From the IMG/VR virus record IMGVR_UViG_3300042896_000714, positions 1 to 64,000 of that record: DNA of 64,000 bases; one strand, written 5' to 3'. Source of the stretch: a virus. Position numbers and translations under genes: made by a program. Below, one piece after another: positions 37,743-47,594 of the stretch (the first letter of the stretch is position 1; the number at the start of each line of letters is the position of its first letter). The notes beneath the pieces were generated by a model. The model made no database searches, had not been told where the DNA came from, and saw only the letters and a list, made by a program, of their open reading frames with translations.

Positions 37743-39975
37743 TTACAGCAACCTTTTTAGCTTTAGCTTTTGCAGCTAACACAATAGCATTATCTTTAGT
37801 TGATATGACCAACGCGCCGCCATTCTTTAATTCACCAAATAACATTAATCGAGCTAATGGGCGTTTGATTTCCTTATCAATAATACGCTGTAATGGACGG
37901 GCTCCCATCTTAGGGTCAAATCCCTTTTCAATCAACCAGTCAATTGCGGCATTATTAATTTTAACACGGACACCCTTGTCTTTAACTTGCACCTTAAGTT
38001 CATCAATAAACTTGCCTACGATTTTAACCATAGTTTCTTTGGACAACTTGCCAAATGTTACAACGGCATCAAGACGGTTGCGGAATTCAGGAGCAAAGAA
38101 TTTCTTCAATGCTGCATCACTATACACTTTGTCTTGTGCGCCAAAGCCAATTTGATTCTTTTCAGCATCACTTGCTCCGGCATTTGTCGTGATAATCAGG
38201 ATAATATTACGGCAATCAGCCTGTTTACCGTTGCTACCAGTAATAAAGCCATTATCCATCATTTGCAATAAAATCGTACTAACATCAGGATGAGACTTTT
38301 CAATTTCGTCGAGCAACAACACACAAGTTGGATGCTCTTGAATTTTGGTGATTAATAGTCCTGAGTTCTCTTCAAATCCAACATAGCCCGGAGGACTACC
38401 AATTAGCTTACTAACACTATGCTTTTCCTGGTATTCTGACATATCAAAACGCACTAACTTAACGCCAAGGTGTTTAGCAAGTGATTTTGCAGTTTCAGTT
38501 TTACCAGTACCAGTTGGTCCCATAAAGACAAACGATCCGATTGGGCGATTATCTGGTTTCAATCCTGCATGGCTAACAAGAATCTTATCTACGATTTCCG
38601 TAATAGCAGTATCCTGTCCGTAAACTTCTTGCTTGAGTTGGTCTTCAAGACTAATAAGGGTTGCACTTTCTTGTTCAGCAATTTGCTCTGCAGGAATGTT
38701 AACAACTTTAGCTAACTCATATTCAATTTCGCTTGCTCCTACTGTGCGTGTACCAGCGATCTTAAGATTGAACCGTGAACATGCCAAGTCAATTAAGTCA
38801 ATAGCTTTATCAGGTAACTTCTTATCTGCTTGGTATTTAACGCTCAATTTAATTGCAGCTTGCAACGCTTCGTCTTTGATCTTAACTTTGTGATGTTCTT
38901 CGTAGTACTTTTTCAAGCCTTTGAGGATCTGGAACGACATTTCTGCGGTGGGTTCATCAATTGTGATACGTTGGAACCGACGCATTAATGCACGATCCTT
39001 TTCAAAGTGCTTACGGTATTCTTCCCATGTGGTGGAAGCAATAACCTTAATGTTGCCTTTGCTCAACGCAGGCTTCATCATATTAGCAAGATCGTTTGCA
39101 CTATTGTTGGCGCTGCCCGCTCCACTAATCATATGGGCTTCATCAATAAACAAAATAGTTTTACCTTTTTTGCCTAATCCTTTTAAAACCAGCTTAAAGC
39201 GTTCTTCAAAGTCACCTCTATACTTAGATCCAGCAAGCATGGCGCTAATGTCAAGGTTAAACACTACGTACTCTTTTAAGAAGTCAGGGACCGCACCATT
39301 GACAATGTTGAATGCCAGTCCTTCAGCGATAGCAGTTTTACCTACACCAGGATCACCAACAAGGATAACATTGCTCTTATTACGTCGACCCATTGCAAGG
39401 GCAACATTTTCTAATTCATCTACGCGACCAATAACTGGATCAATCTTGTTCTTTTTAACAAGCTCGTTAAGGTTAGTAGTAAAGGCTTTGAGCGCACGCT
39501 CGCTTTGGGTGTCACGAGGTTCTTCTTCCTCGGTAACTGCCGCTTCCAATTCGTTGTTAAGGTAATCTGAAAATTTATCTTTATCAATGTTTGCTTGCTG
39601 AATGTAGTAACTTGCCCAGCATCGTTTTTCACTCATCATTGCGATAAAAACATCACTTGATTCAATCCGTTGCCGACCGTTAAATAATACTTGTGTAAAT
39701 GCTCGGTTAAGCACGCGTTCCACAGTCTGAGTTTTACGCGGTTTAACTTCGACATCACTAACGATATCATCACATTTGTTCTTGAGATAGTTCTCAAGAT
39801 TCTTTTTAATAAAATCCGGATCAGAACCGTATCCTTGGACACAGTTAGTAAAGGACTCTTCACATAGCATAGCAAACAATAGATGCTCTAGCGTAAGATA
39901 CTCATGTTTGAGTTTCTTCGCAACATCGATTGCTTTTTCAAATACTAATTGTAATTCGTTGCTTGGTTCTACCAT
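37714..39975 (-). CDS. clpA: ATP-dependent Clp protease ATP-binding subunit ClpA-like
   Basis: N-domain HEYLTLEHLL; GDPGVGKT and GPTGTGKT Walker A motifs; RFDMSEY; GSPPGYVG; IGF loop; no ClpB middle domain. Confidence 0.92.
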   Translation of the reverse strand: MVEPSNELQLVFEKAIDVAKKLKHEYLTLEHLLFAMLCEESFTNCVQGYGSDPDFIKKNLENYLKNKCDDIVSDVEVKPRKTQTVERVLNRAFTQVLFNGRQRIESSDVFIAMMSEKRCWASYYIQQANIDKDKFSDYLNNELEAAVTEEEEPRDTQSERALKAFTTNLNELVKKNKIDPVIGRVDELENVALAMGRRNKSNVILVGDPGVGKTAIAEGLAFNIVNGAVPDFLKEYVVFNLDISAMLAGSKYRGDFEERFKLVLKGLGKKGKTILFIDEAHMISGAGSANNSANDLANMMKPALSKGNIKVIASTTWEEYRKHFEKDRALMRRFQRITIDEPTAEMSFQILKGLKKYYEEHHKVKIKDEALQAAIKLSVKYQADKKLPDKAIDLIDLACSRFNLKIAGTRTVGASEIEYELAKVVNIPAEQIAEQESATLISLEDQLKQEVYGQDTAITEIVDKILVSHAGLKPDNRPIGSFVFMGPTGTGKTETAKSLAKHLGVKLVRFDMSEYQEKHSVSKLIGSPPGYVGFEENSGLLITKIQEHPTCVLLLDEIEKSHPDVSTILLQMMDNGFITGSNGKQADCRNIILIITTNAGASDAEKNQIGFGAQDKVYSDAALKKFFAPEFRNRLDAVVTFGKLSKETMVKIVGKFIDELKVQVKDKGVRVKINNAAIDWLIEKGFDPKMGARPLQRIIDKEIKRPLARLMLFGELKNGGALVISTKDNAIVLAAKAKAKKVAVSEVEPVNTN

Positions 39976-40010
39976 TTATTTTCCTTTGTTCGTTACTACT
40001 GCTAACTTAC

Positions 40011-40039
40011 ATTATATAAGTGTTTTGTATATATGTCAA
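40011..40039 (-). promoter_or_regulatory. Consensus sigma70 promoter for clpA
   Basis: TTGACA-17-TATAAT. Confidence 0.8.
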
Positions 40040-40878
40040 GAGATTTTAGAATATGCTCGTTCGAGCTCTTCTTTAATCAAGGGATCGATTATTGCAGGCA
40101 CTTTGATGCCAACAAGGATTATCAAATGCCCGCGCTGTCCTTGCATGTTCTTAAAGCCTAATCCTTGAGAAACGAATTCAGCGCCGTGTTGTACACCTGG
40201 CCGTAAATTAATTTTAATTTCATTTCCATTTAAATGGTTTACTGACTTAGTACACCCAACCATTGCCTCAATGGGATTAATGAGCAGCAATGATACCAAG
40301 TGATCACCACGCCGCTCGTAGTCTTGGCTATTCTCCACCATAATAGTAACATTCAAATCTCCGCGTGGTAAGTTGGTGTCACTATTATCTCCCATTCCTC
40401 CATATCGAATAGTTTGCCCATTTTGAATACCTTCGGGTACTGTAATGACTACGGTTTCTTTAACACCAGTTGGAAGCGGGTATGTTGCCTCGATGTTTGT
40501 TCCAGTAAAGCTTTGTGCAAACGAAATTTTACAGCGTATGCTGAGATCACGGTTCTTTCTGCGTTGCTGTGGTTGCCCGCCTTGTGCATGTCTAAAGAAT
40601 TGCGCAAACGGGCCACCACCGCCTCCAAACATCTCATCAACGTTAAACGGGTGCTCGCCGGTAAAATTGAACGGATTGCCGCCACCGCGCTGTTGCGAAT
40701 CATACGCAGCGCGTTTTTGTTCATCACCTATGGTATCATACGCTTGCGCAATCTTTTGGAATGCAGCAGTGTCTCCACCTCTATCAGGGTGATGTGTTGC
40801 AGCCAGTTTCCTGTAGGCTTTTTTGATTTCGTCTTGAGTGGCAGTTTCAGAAACGCCTAATTCAGTATAAAAGTTCAT
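40036..40878 (-). CDS. Class B J-domain co-chaperone (DnaJ/CbpA-like)
   Basis: IKKAYRKLA..HHPD, G/F-rich linker, C-terminal DnaJ domain, no Zn finger. Confidence 0.92.
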   Translation of the reverse strand: MNFYTELGVSETATQDEIKKAYRKLAATHHPDRGGDTAAFQKIAQAYDTIGDEQKRAAYDSQQRGGGNPFNFTGEHPFNVDEMFGGGGGPFAQFFRHAQGGQPQQRRKNRDLSIRCKISFAQSFTGTNIEATYPLPTGVKETVVITVPEGIQNGQTIRYGGMGDNSDTNLPRGDLNVTIMVENSQDYERRGDHLVSLLLINPIEAMVGCTKSVNHLNGNEIKINLRPGVQHGAEFVSQGLGFKNMQGQRGHLIILVGIKVPAIIDPLIKEELERAYSKIS

Positions 40879-40883
40879 ATGCT

Positions 40884-40912
40884 ATTATATAGCATTTTAT
40901 GCTATCGGTCAA
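40884..40912 (-). promoter_or_regulatory. Sigma70 promoter with palindromic spacer; probably leaderless
   Basis: TTGACC-17-TATAAT; ATAGCAT-ttt-ATGCTAT; ATG 5 nt after the -10. Confidence 0.7.
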
Positions 40913-41284
40913 CTAATCTCTTGGTGGCATGTAGTCACTATCTGCTGGTTTTGAAACTTGTGGACGTGCATTATATGGCTTATTATAAGCTGCGGATTGA
41001 TTATATGGTTGGCTAGGTGCATACCCACTATTCATGGCAGTAATTTTTTCCTGACCACGCGTCCATGCAGTAACTCCAAGTATGGCGCCCATTGCGACGT
41101 GATATAACCCAGCACCTTGCAGGGTCAATGGTTGCCACATTTCAAGTTTAGTTACACCAATATGATGCTGAAATACTGCCCAAGCAACTGGAAAAATAAT
41201 AAAGTCGGTGATGCAGGTGACCATGTACACGTACCCCATCATGGGCCGCCATTTATTGTTCATCCAATCTTTTGAATACGCCAT
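40913..41284 (-). CDS. Putative holin (3TM/GTA-holin-like)
   Basis: KWRP.MG, hydrophobic helices, LGVTAWTRGQEK; next to the spanins. Confidence 0.65.
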   Translation of the reverse strand: MAYSKDWMNNKWRPMMGYVYMVTCITDFIIFPVAWAVFQHHIGVTKLEMWQPLTLQGAGLYHVAMGAILGVTAWTRGQEKITAMNSGYAPSQPYNQSAAYNKPYNARPQVSKPADSDYMPPRD

Positions 41285-41305
41285 ACTGTTACTCCGTTAC
41301 AGTAT

Positions 41306-41566
41306 TTATTTGACGTCTTTGTAAATTTGCTTTTGAGTTTTATACCAGTCTGACCACGCTTCAACTCTTCCTTGGCATTTGATGTATTCACCGTAATTTG
41401 TAGTAATTACTTTGAGAGTTTCACTTAATTTTTCAGTGCCATCAGCAACTAATGCGAGATCAGGGCAAGATTTAACATCAGGGGCATTAGGCCAATCTGG
41501 GGTTGCTGGGATTGTCAACCAACATCCTGATAATAAGGCTGTGCATAGTAATAAAAATATTTTCAT
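41306..41566 (-). CDS. Putative o-spanin lipoprotein
   Basis: Lipobox LLSGC, Pro-rich, ATGA overlap with the i-spanin. Confidence 0.75.
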   Translation of the reverse strand: MKIFLLLCTALLSGCWLTIPATPDWPNAPDVKSCPDLALVADGTEKLSETLKVITTNYGEYIKCQGRVEAWSDWYKTQKQIYKDVK

Positions 41567-42012
41567 TTTTTTACAACTACTTTATTACGTGCAGCTTCGT
41601 TTAAAATATCAATAGTTTCTTTTGTAATTTTGCACTGGCTATCGATTAGAACACTAACGTCCCTAATCTTTTCCTGGATAATTATTTGTACTTCTTTGAC
41701 AACTTTAACTTTATCTTGGAAGACATATTCAATTTTAGCTGTTGCTATTTTGGCTTTTTCTTCAGCTATATTGGCGCGGATCTCAGCAGCTTCGACTTTT
41801 GAACGCCATTCTTTTTCGATGTTAATGCCACCGTACCAGTAGACTCCCAAGACTAAACTTAATACTGATATTACTTGCAGAGCCCCCTTTTGCAAACCCA
41901 TCAAAGGATTTTTTATAAAGTATGAGCCAATGAATCCCACGCTCCCTGCTATTAAAACAAGGTTAACAAATGCCGTTAATACAACTGTGGGTAATAAGCT
42001 CAAAACCCACAT
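41563..42012 (-). CDS. Putative i-spanin
   Basis: N-terminal TM helices, coiled coil, C-terminal Cys. Confidence 0.7.
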   Translation of the reverse strand: MWVLSLLPTVVLTAFVNLVLIAGSVGFIGSYFIKNPLMGLQKGALQVISVLSLVLGVYWYGGINIEKEWRSKVEAAEIRANIAEEKAKIATAKIEYVFQDKVKVVKEVQIIIQEKIRDVSVLIDSQCKITKETIDILNEAARNKVVVKK

Positions 42013-42746
42013 TATAGTCTTTCTAGCGACACGGCATATTTTCCGTGTTCAAATACAAACGCACCGCCTACTTTAGTAATGTTGTAATTACCCAAGTATT
42101 TTGAAAGAAAAATTACTTCTGATACATCTTGACTTTCAAGCATAATCCTTCCAGGAAGGCTCTCATACACTTCTTGGGTGGTTCCAAAATCTTTAATACG
42201 TAACCGCAAGCTATCAGCGTACAACTTTTTAAAAATAATATCTTCATTATCTACTGAGATATTTTCAACATAGCTACGATTAAAAAAGTTGCTAAAGTTG
42301 TTAAGTACATTTTCTTTGATTGTTACTTCGTAATCTTCTTTACTTGTTGGAATAGTGTCAATTAATGTTTGCTTATCAGCAGGGAGTGACTTAAAACTTT
42401 TGTAGTATCTAAACTTAAAGTCAGTAATTCCGGTAAGATTTTCTAAACCGTTAAGAATTTCTAAAATATGTTCAGGAACATGCCGGTCACGTTCAAGTTC
42501 AACAAACACTTTGTAGCGACCGTCTTTTAGTTCGCCAGGTGTAGAATCAGCATCTAAAACAAACTCGTAGCCGCGTTCAATAAAATTGACTAAATCTTCA
42601 GCAGGCTCACGGTCTTCTACATTGAAACTAAGAACGACAATATCTTTATCGGTTCCCATTTTACTAGCGTAGCTATCGACTTCAAATCCACTATCAACTA
42701 AATTTTTTAAATCATGTGAGTGTAATGCTTCGTTTACATTAGACAT
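42012..42746 (-). CDS. Hypothetical protein
   Basis: GGAGG SD before ATG 42746 (MSNVNEAL). Confidence 0.7.
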   Translation of the reverse strand: MSNVNEALHSHDLKNLVDSGFEVDSYASKMGTDKDIVVLSFNVEDREPAEDLVNFIERGYEFVLDADSTPGELKDGRYKVFVELERDRHVPEHILEILNGLENLTGITDFKFRYYKSFKSLPADKQTLIDTIPTSKEDYEVTIKENVLNNFSNFFNRSYVENISVDNEDIIFKKLYADSLRLRIKDFGTTQEVYESLPGRIMLESQDVSEVIFLSKYLGNYNITKVGGAFVFEHGKYAVSLERL

Positions 42747-43314
42747 TTGGCATTCCTCCTGCAGTTGGTTGTCCACCCGCTCCTGGTACAACTGCTGCGC
42801 CACCTTGTGCTGGTGCTTGCTGGGCGGCATCCGCTGCTTCAGCTGGTGCAGGTTGAGCACCTTCAGTACTACCAATGCCCATGTTTTCTTTCATCTTACT
42901 CATGTACCCGTCGTAAATATCCGCTGCGAGTTTCTTTGGCATTGTAATTTCAACGATCCAAACTGGCTTACGGTCCAGCTTTCCTTTTTTAGTTCCTGGG
43001 CGAATATCTTCTGGTTTTTTAACTTGCCTCGGTTGCAGCAAAAATGTTTTTTCGTAACGCACTTGACATCCGTAATCCAATAACCGTTTTCCACCCATTG
43101 GATCTGGCATCTTGTCTTTTGGCCACATAAAGCTAGCTTTGATCCAATGCCGTTCGACATGCGGCCCGCTTACAAGTTCGCCATCTTCCCAGTTTTTGTA
43201 CACATACAAATCAAGTTCGTCAATAACTCTTTCAAAGTCTTTGAGAACTGATAAATTTGTATTAGTATTGTAGATTGATTCTACGTTTTTAATAATTTCT
43301 AAAATATCGAGCAT
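42739..43314 (-). CDS. Hypothetical protein
   Basis: 191 aa with MPDPMGG motif and an Ala/Gln-rich tail; TAAATA upstream. Confidence 0.7.
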   Translation of the reverse strand: MLDILEIIKNVESIYNTNTNLSVLKDFERVIDELDLYVYKNWEDGELVSGPHVERHWIKASFMWPKDKMPDPMGGKRLLDYGCQVRYEKTFLLQPRQVKKPEDIRPGTKKGKLDRKPVWIVEITMPKKLAADIYDGYMSKMKENMGIGSTEGAQPAPAEAADAAQQAPAQGGAAVVPGAGGQPTAGGMPNV

Positions 43315-43467
43315 GTTTATTCCGCAATTGTTAATCTTATTTAGTCTGGTTTATTCTATATAGTAATGTATCGCTTTTGTCGTAAACAGTTAAATACATC
43401 GTGGGGCTATTGTAGTTATCATTGGCGGTTGCTGCATTGTCCTGCTTTACTTAAAGTGGAGAACTGA

Positions 43468-44190
43468 ATGAGTAGTAAACAAAGAGTTAAAAAACGTTTT
43501 ACGTCTGATGTAAATGTGATTGATTTTCAAACTTATGCCCCTCAAAAGAAGCATAAAGTAGCACTGTTGCCACGCAACAAAAATCAAGAAGCTTACCTCA
43601 GTAAACTGCAAGACCCAAAGAAAAACATTGTTTTTGCAATTGGCCCTGCAGGTACAGGTAAAACTATAATGGCTGTAATGCATGGTATTAAACTTATGCA
43701 AGACGGCGTTGTTGAAAAAATTATTGTTACAAGACCAGCTGTTTCAGTTGACGAAGATTTAGGGTTCCTACCAGGTACATTAAATGAGAAAATGGCTCCA
43801 TGGACACGCCCAATTTTTGACGTTTTGTCAGAATACTACCAAGCAAAAGAAATTGAAGGAATGCTACTTGAGGGGATTATTGAAATAAGTCCACTAGCAT
43901 ATATGCGCGGCCGTACATTTAAAAACGCATATATTATTGCAGATGAAATGCAGAATGCTACTCAAAATCAAATGAAAATGCTATTAACTCGGATAGGCGA
44001 AAATAGCAAAATGGTTGTTACTGGGGACTTAAATCAAGCAGACAGATTACGTGATAACGGTCTTATCGACTTTGTAGCCAGAATTGAAGGACATAAGTTG
44101 CAACACATTGATGCAATCCGATTTGATCACAAAGACATTGAACGTCACGATGCAGTTAGGGAAGTACTAAACGTTTACGGAGACGATTAA
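43468..44190 (+). CDS. phoH: PhoH-family ATPase
   Basis: GPAGTGKT, TRPAV, LGFLPG, AYMRGRTF, DEMQN, GDLNQAD. Confidence 0.93.
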   Translation: MSSKQRVKKRFTSDVNVIDFQTYAPQKKHKVALLPRNKNQEAYLSKLQDPKKNIVFAIGPAGTGKTIMAVMHGIKLMQDGVVEKIIVTRPAVSVDEDLGFLPGTLNEKMAPWTRPIFDVLSEYYQAKEIEGMLLEGIIEISPLAYMRGRTFKNAYIIADEMQNATQNQMKMLLTRIGENSKMVVTGDLNQADRLRDNGLIDFVARIEGHKLQHIDAIRFDHKDIERHDAVREVLNVYGDD

Positions 44191-44214
44191 AAAAGGGCCC
44201 AATGGGCCCTTTTT
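44189..44214. terminator. Bidirectional rho-independent terminator
   Basis: AAAAAGGGCCC-aat-GGGCCCTTTTT between convergent genes. Confidence 0.85.
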
Positions 44215-44215
44215 A

Positions 44216-44734
44216 CTAGCATTGCACAACAGCAACCCCAGATTTTTTTAGGAATTCTACTCCTGCTGTATCACGATATGCGCTGCGGAAGTACACACTA
44301 TTGATACCGCTTTGATATATGAGTTTCGCGCAGTCGATACACGGAGCATGAGTAATAAAAATAGCAGCTTTATCGCCACTGTTGACTGACTTAGCCAACT
44401 TTGAAAGGGCGTTTGATTCAGCATGCAGTACTTCAGGTTTTGTCTTTAAGTGATAACGGCCTTGCATTGGATTATCATCCGCATCTTTGTAATGTCCTTC
44501 AAATGGCCATCGTTCTTCAATTTCTTCTGGACTAAGCCAACCGCCTGCTCCGCTATCCATCCATACGCTATCTTCACAGTTGTTATCCCATCCTGACGGC
44601 ATACCATTGTACCCATAGCTAATAACAGTATCATCTTTTACAATGACTGCTCCCACTTTCAGCCGTACTGCATGACTTAACTGTGATGCTCGTTCAGCCC
44701 AGTCCATGTACAAGTTTACATACTTTTCTTTCAT
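44216..44734 (-). CDS. dCMP deaminase
   Basis: KVGAVIV, GYNGMP, HAESNA, PCIDC. Confidence 0.92.
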   Translation of the reverse strand: MKEKYVNLYMDWAERASQLSHAVRLKVGAVIVKDDTVISYGYNGMPSGWDNNCEDSVWMDSGAGGWLSPEEIEERWPFEGHYKDADDNPMQGRYHLKTKPEVLHAESNALSKLAKSVNSGDKAAIFITHAPCIDCAKLIYQSGINSVYFRSAYRDTAGVEFLKKSGVAVVQC

Positions 44735-45099
44735 GCAAATAACCGGTCAAAGTGTGTAGTATTAACTTGATATATTTCCGGCACATCTTCATAGGTTACT
44801 TCAACAACGTTTCCGCCCCACCGTATAATAAACCAGTGCGCGTCCTTCATATGTTTGAAGGCTACATCGAAAGTACCATCTGCAGATCTAGTGTAATTAC
44901 TGGTAATATACCACCGCCAACCTTCTTCGTGTTCATTACTAACCTCTTGAGGCGATGGCTTGTAGTCATAAGCAGCTGGCGGCTGGGCATCACTACGGTC
45001 ATAAACTTCTCGAAACGCAGTGGTGCACCATTCAGCAACGTCTGTTCTTACAGAATTGTTTAGTTCAGGATGCACTGTGATAGATTTGATAGGTTTCAT
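44731..45099 (-). CDS. Hypothetical protein
   Basis: 122 aa with ATGA overlaps on both sides. Confidence 0.65.
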   Translation of the reverse strand: MKPIKSITVHPELNNSVRTDVAEWCTTAFREVYDRSDAQPPAAYDYKPSPQEVSNEHEEGWRWYITSNYTRSADGTFDVAFKHMKDAHWFIIRWGGNVVEVTYEDVPEIYQVNTTHFDRLFA

Positions 45100-46013
45100 A
45101 GACGAGCCAACCGTATAAGAGTGGCCGCTAAGTTGATTTCAGAATCTATGACAATAACATGGTCAAGTAGTCCTTGTTTAATAATCATAATTGCTTTCTC
45201 TTGCTTGTCTTCGTCGCCAAACAGTTCAACATTTTCATATAGCCACCTGAAAATGCCTTCAATTTCTTCTGGACGGGCTTGGGCACATACCAATTTACGA
45301 GCTTCAGCAATCTTACCCTTCTTAAATAGCTCAACCATTTCAATTTTGTAATCGGAAGTGCTAGTATCGCCTTTCTCTGGTGTAACCAATACCCCTGATT
45401 GGCAATTCATTTGTACAGTGTTGATGCACTTGCGCAAATCTGGGTATGTTGCTTTAACAAACGTATCAATAGTGTCAAGATCAAACTGAATGTTTTCCGA
45501 AAGTAGAATAGTTGCAATTCTGGCCGTAAACTCAGTTTGATCTGGCTTATCAATGGCAAACATTTGGCATCGGCTGTGTAATGCTGGGATAATACGATTG
45601 GGATAGTTACATGTTAAGATAAATCTAGCAGTGTTATGATACTCCTCCATAACACCACGCAAACTTGCTTGGGCATTTAATGTCAAAAAATCAGCTTCGT
45701 CTAGTAACACAATTTTGAAATCGCCAAACGGGATCATTTGAACAAAGTTGGTGATCTTTTCACGTAAGTTGCCAACACCGTTGTCTCGGCTAGCATTGAC
45801 CTCCATAATATCAAGTGGATTAATATCAAGCTCATTAAACAGAATTTTTGCAAGTGTGGTCTTACCAATACCTGCGCTGCCGCTTAGTAACAAGTGTGGA
45901 ATACTCTTATCGTCAATCCAGCCCTTTACTTGATTATGCTGGTGCGCATTTCTAAAAACGTACCCATCTAACGTACTTGGTCTAAATTTTTCTACCCAAA
46001 GTTCTGTTGCCAT
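45096..46013 (-). CDS. Clamp loader AAA+ subunit (gp44/RFC-small-like)
   Basis: LWVEKFRP, GSAGIGKTT, NASRDNG, LDEAD, SRC motif. Confidence 0.93.
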   Translation of the reverse strand: MATELWVEKFRPSTLDGYVFRNAHQHNQVKGWIDDKSIPHLLLSGSAGIGKTTLAKILFNELDINPLDIMEVNASRDNGVGNLREKITNFVQMIPFGDFKIVLLDEADFLTLNAQASLRGVMEEYHNTARFILTCNYPNRIIPALHSRCQMFAIDKPDQTEFTARIATILLSENIQFDLDTIDTFVKATYPDLRKCINTVQMNCQSGVLVTPEKGDTSTSDYKIEMVELFKKGKIAEARKLVCAQARPEEIEGIFRWLYENVELFGDEDKQEKAIMIIKQGLLDHVIVIDSEINLAATLIRLARL

Positions 46014-46030
46014 GTAATTTCCTTAATTTA

Positions 46031-46195
46031 TTAAACAATTTCTTCGATAATGCCTAGCATTTCTGCTAAAGCAAACAATCCGCCAGCAGTAATCAATGCA
46101 CCATAACATAGCGCACCAGCAGCCAATATTCGAACGAGGCTTTTAGCAAGGCTAACATAAAAATGCCCCTTACTTGTGTCTTTTGGTTGAATCAT
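46031..46195 (-). CDS. 54-aa membrane protein (not in the ORF track)
   Basis: MIQPKDTSKGHFYVSLAKSLVRILAAGALCYGALITAGGLFALAEMLGIIEEIV. Confidence 0.6.
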   Translation of the reverse strand: MIQPKDTSKGHFYVSLAKSLVRILAAGALCYGALITAGGLFALAEMLGIIEEIV

Positions 46196-46332
46196 TTTAA
46201 TTGTTCTTTCATTTGTATTTTCCAGTTAAGTGCATCTTCTTCGTAGTCAAAGCGTGGGCTTAATTCATTATCTTCGTCAAAATCATCGATCCAAACATAC
46301 ACTTGGTTATAATCGTCAAGCACTAGTTTCAT
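46192..46332 (-). CDS. 46-aa acidic protein (not in the ORF track)
   Basis: MKLVLDDYNQVYVWIDDFDEDNELSPRFDYEEDALNWKIQMKEQLK; GGAG SD and ATGA overlap. Confidence 0.6.
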   Translation of the reverse strand: MKLVLDDYNQVYVWIDDFDEDNELSPRFDYEEDALNWKIQMKEQLK

Positions 46333-46516
46333 TTTTAAACTCCATGTAGGGAGAAATATCGTTATCAAATAGTTGAGCCATTCTTGACCACAGCATTTCT
46401 CGATCAGATAGTGTCATTCCGGCAACAAATGAGAAGTCACTGTATTCCTTAGTGAGCCCGTAATCGTGTCGTGTAGTATAGCACATTCCTGTTATAATCT
46501 GTTCACGAGTCTTCAT
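46316..46516 (-). CDS. Hypothetical protein
   Basis: 66-aa ORF in the operon. Confidence 0.6.
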   Translation of the reverse strand: MKTREQIITGMCYTTRHDYGLTKEYSDFSFVAGMTLSDREMLWSRMAQLFDNDISPYMEFKNETSA

Positions 46517-46793
46517 CTACTTCCTGTATTTCTGGATTATCGAAAACCCCATAAGTTACATCATACCGTTTCTCTCCGATACGAAATTCTTCAGTCCAAG
46601 TTCGTTGGTTATTACTTTGCCTTGACGGCTCGAGCAATTGTAATAGCGTCCAAATTTTGTCATACTCTTCGCCCACTAGTTCTCTACGCGGTGGCCCCAT
46701 TACTCTACGAAGAAGCTGTTTGGCATACCCTGGCTCTTCTTTTATTCTTTTTAAAAACGCTTTATGCTGCGCATCAGATATATGTGTAGTCAT
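46503..46793 (-). CDS. Hypothetical protein, probably leaderless
   Basis: ATG 46793 lies 6 nt after TATAAT. Confidence 0.6.
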   Translation of the reverse strand: MTTHISDAQHKAFLKRIKEEPGYAKQLLRRVMGPPRRELVGEEYDKIWTLLQLLEPSRQSNNQRTWTEEFRIGEKRYDVTYGVFDNPEIQEVDEDS

Positions 46794-46799
46794 GTATGT

Positions 46800-46837
46800 A
46801 TTATACAGATTAAAAAAGGGCCTGTCAAGGCCCTTTT
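46800..46837 (-). promoter_or_regulatory. Terminator whose loop is the -35 box of a consensus promoter
   Basis: AAAAGGGCC-TTGACA-GGCCCTTTTTT, then TATAAT 17 nt after TTGACA. Confidence 0.8.
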
Positions 46838-46840
46838 GTG

Positions 46841-47209
46841 TTATTGCAATACGTATGGAGCAAGCTCCGGCGCTTTCCACCCCAACGGTTTAAGAACTTT
46901 TCCATCTTCACGCTTGCGAACTTTGCCAGTATCTTTGTCGATCTTAGCAAAGTTGGTTGACATCACTTCCTTCCAAGCACCTTCTCCATCAGCGCCCATT
47001 GAGTGGATAGCCCCAATGGTGACAACAAGGATGTCAATTAATGCATCTAGTTGCTCAATTTTATCATTTTGAGTAATTGCTTCAAGCAATTCTGCATGTT
47101 CTTCATCGATTAAGCTTACATACATATCGTATTGAGATGTTGTGGAACCATCAACTTGCTGATCGCAAGCTTGCATAAATTTCTCTTGATCCCTAAATGG
47201 ATTAGTCAT
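46841..47209 (-). CDS. MazG-like (all-alpha) NTP pyrophosphohydrolase
   Basis: EEHAEL...EQLDALID, EVMSTNFAK, REDGKVLKP. Confidence 0.8.
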   Translation of the reverse strand: MTNPFRDQEKFMQACDQQVDGSTTSQYDMYVSLIDEEHAELLEAITQNDKIEQLDALIDILVVTIGAIHSMGADGEGAWKEVMSTNFAKIDKDTGKVRKREDGKVLKPLGWKAPELAPYVLQ

Positions 47210-47210
47210 A

Positions 47211-47585
47211 TTAAATTCTGTATGCCTCGTTTGGTGCATTGGTGCTGGTATCTGCGCCGAAATACGTATCGGACGGTTCAGTATCGGATTGGAGTAAGAT
47301 TGCGGTAGTATCAATCCGTCGGATAACAATTTCACGGCCATCTTCCCTTACAGTTATTCCGCGAGTCCATCTCGCATGCTCTACATAAATCCATTCGCCA
47401 ACTTTGACGTCAGTTTGTTTTGGGCCTACTGCCCATACCTTGCACCAACGAGGTTTCACCCCTTCTGATTTACCGTTATCACTACGGAGAACAATTCCAG
47501 AAGCTGTTTTTTGCTCCTCGAAGTTCATATCACAAGCTAACACGTTATCATTTAATGGCACTAATGTACCTTCTACTACATTCAT
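47211..47585 (-). CDS. groES: GroES-like co-chaperonin
   Basis: LVPLNDNVL, EQKTASGIVL mobile loop, VWAVGP, VKVGEWI. Confidence 0.85.
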   Translation of the reverse strand: MNVVEGTLVPLNDNVLACDMNFEEQKTASGIVLRSDNGKSEGVKPRWCKVWAVGPKQTDVKVGEWIYVEHARWTRGITVREDGREIVIRRIDTTAILLQSDTEPSDTYFGADTSTNAPNEAYRI

Positions 47586-47594
47586 TTAATTCCT

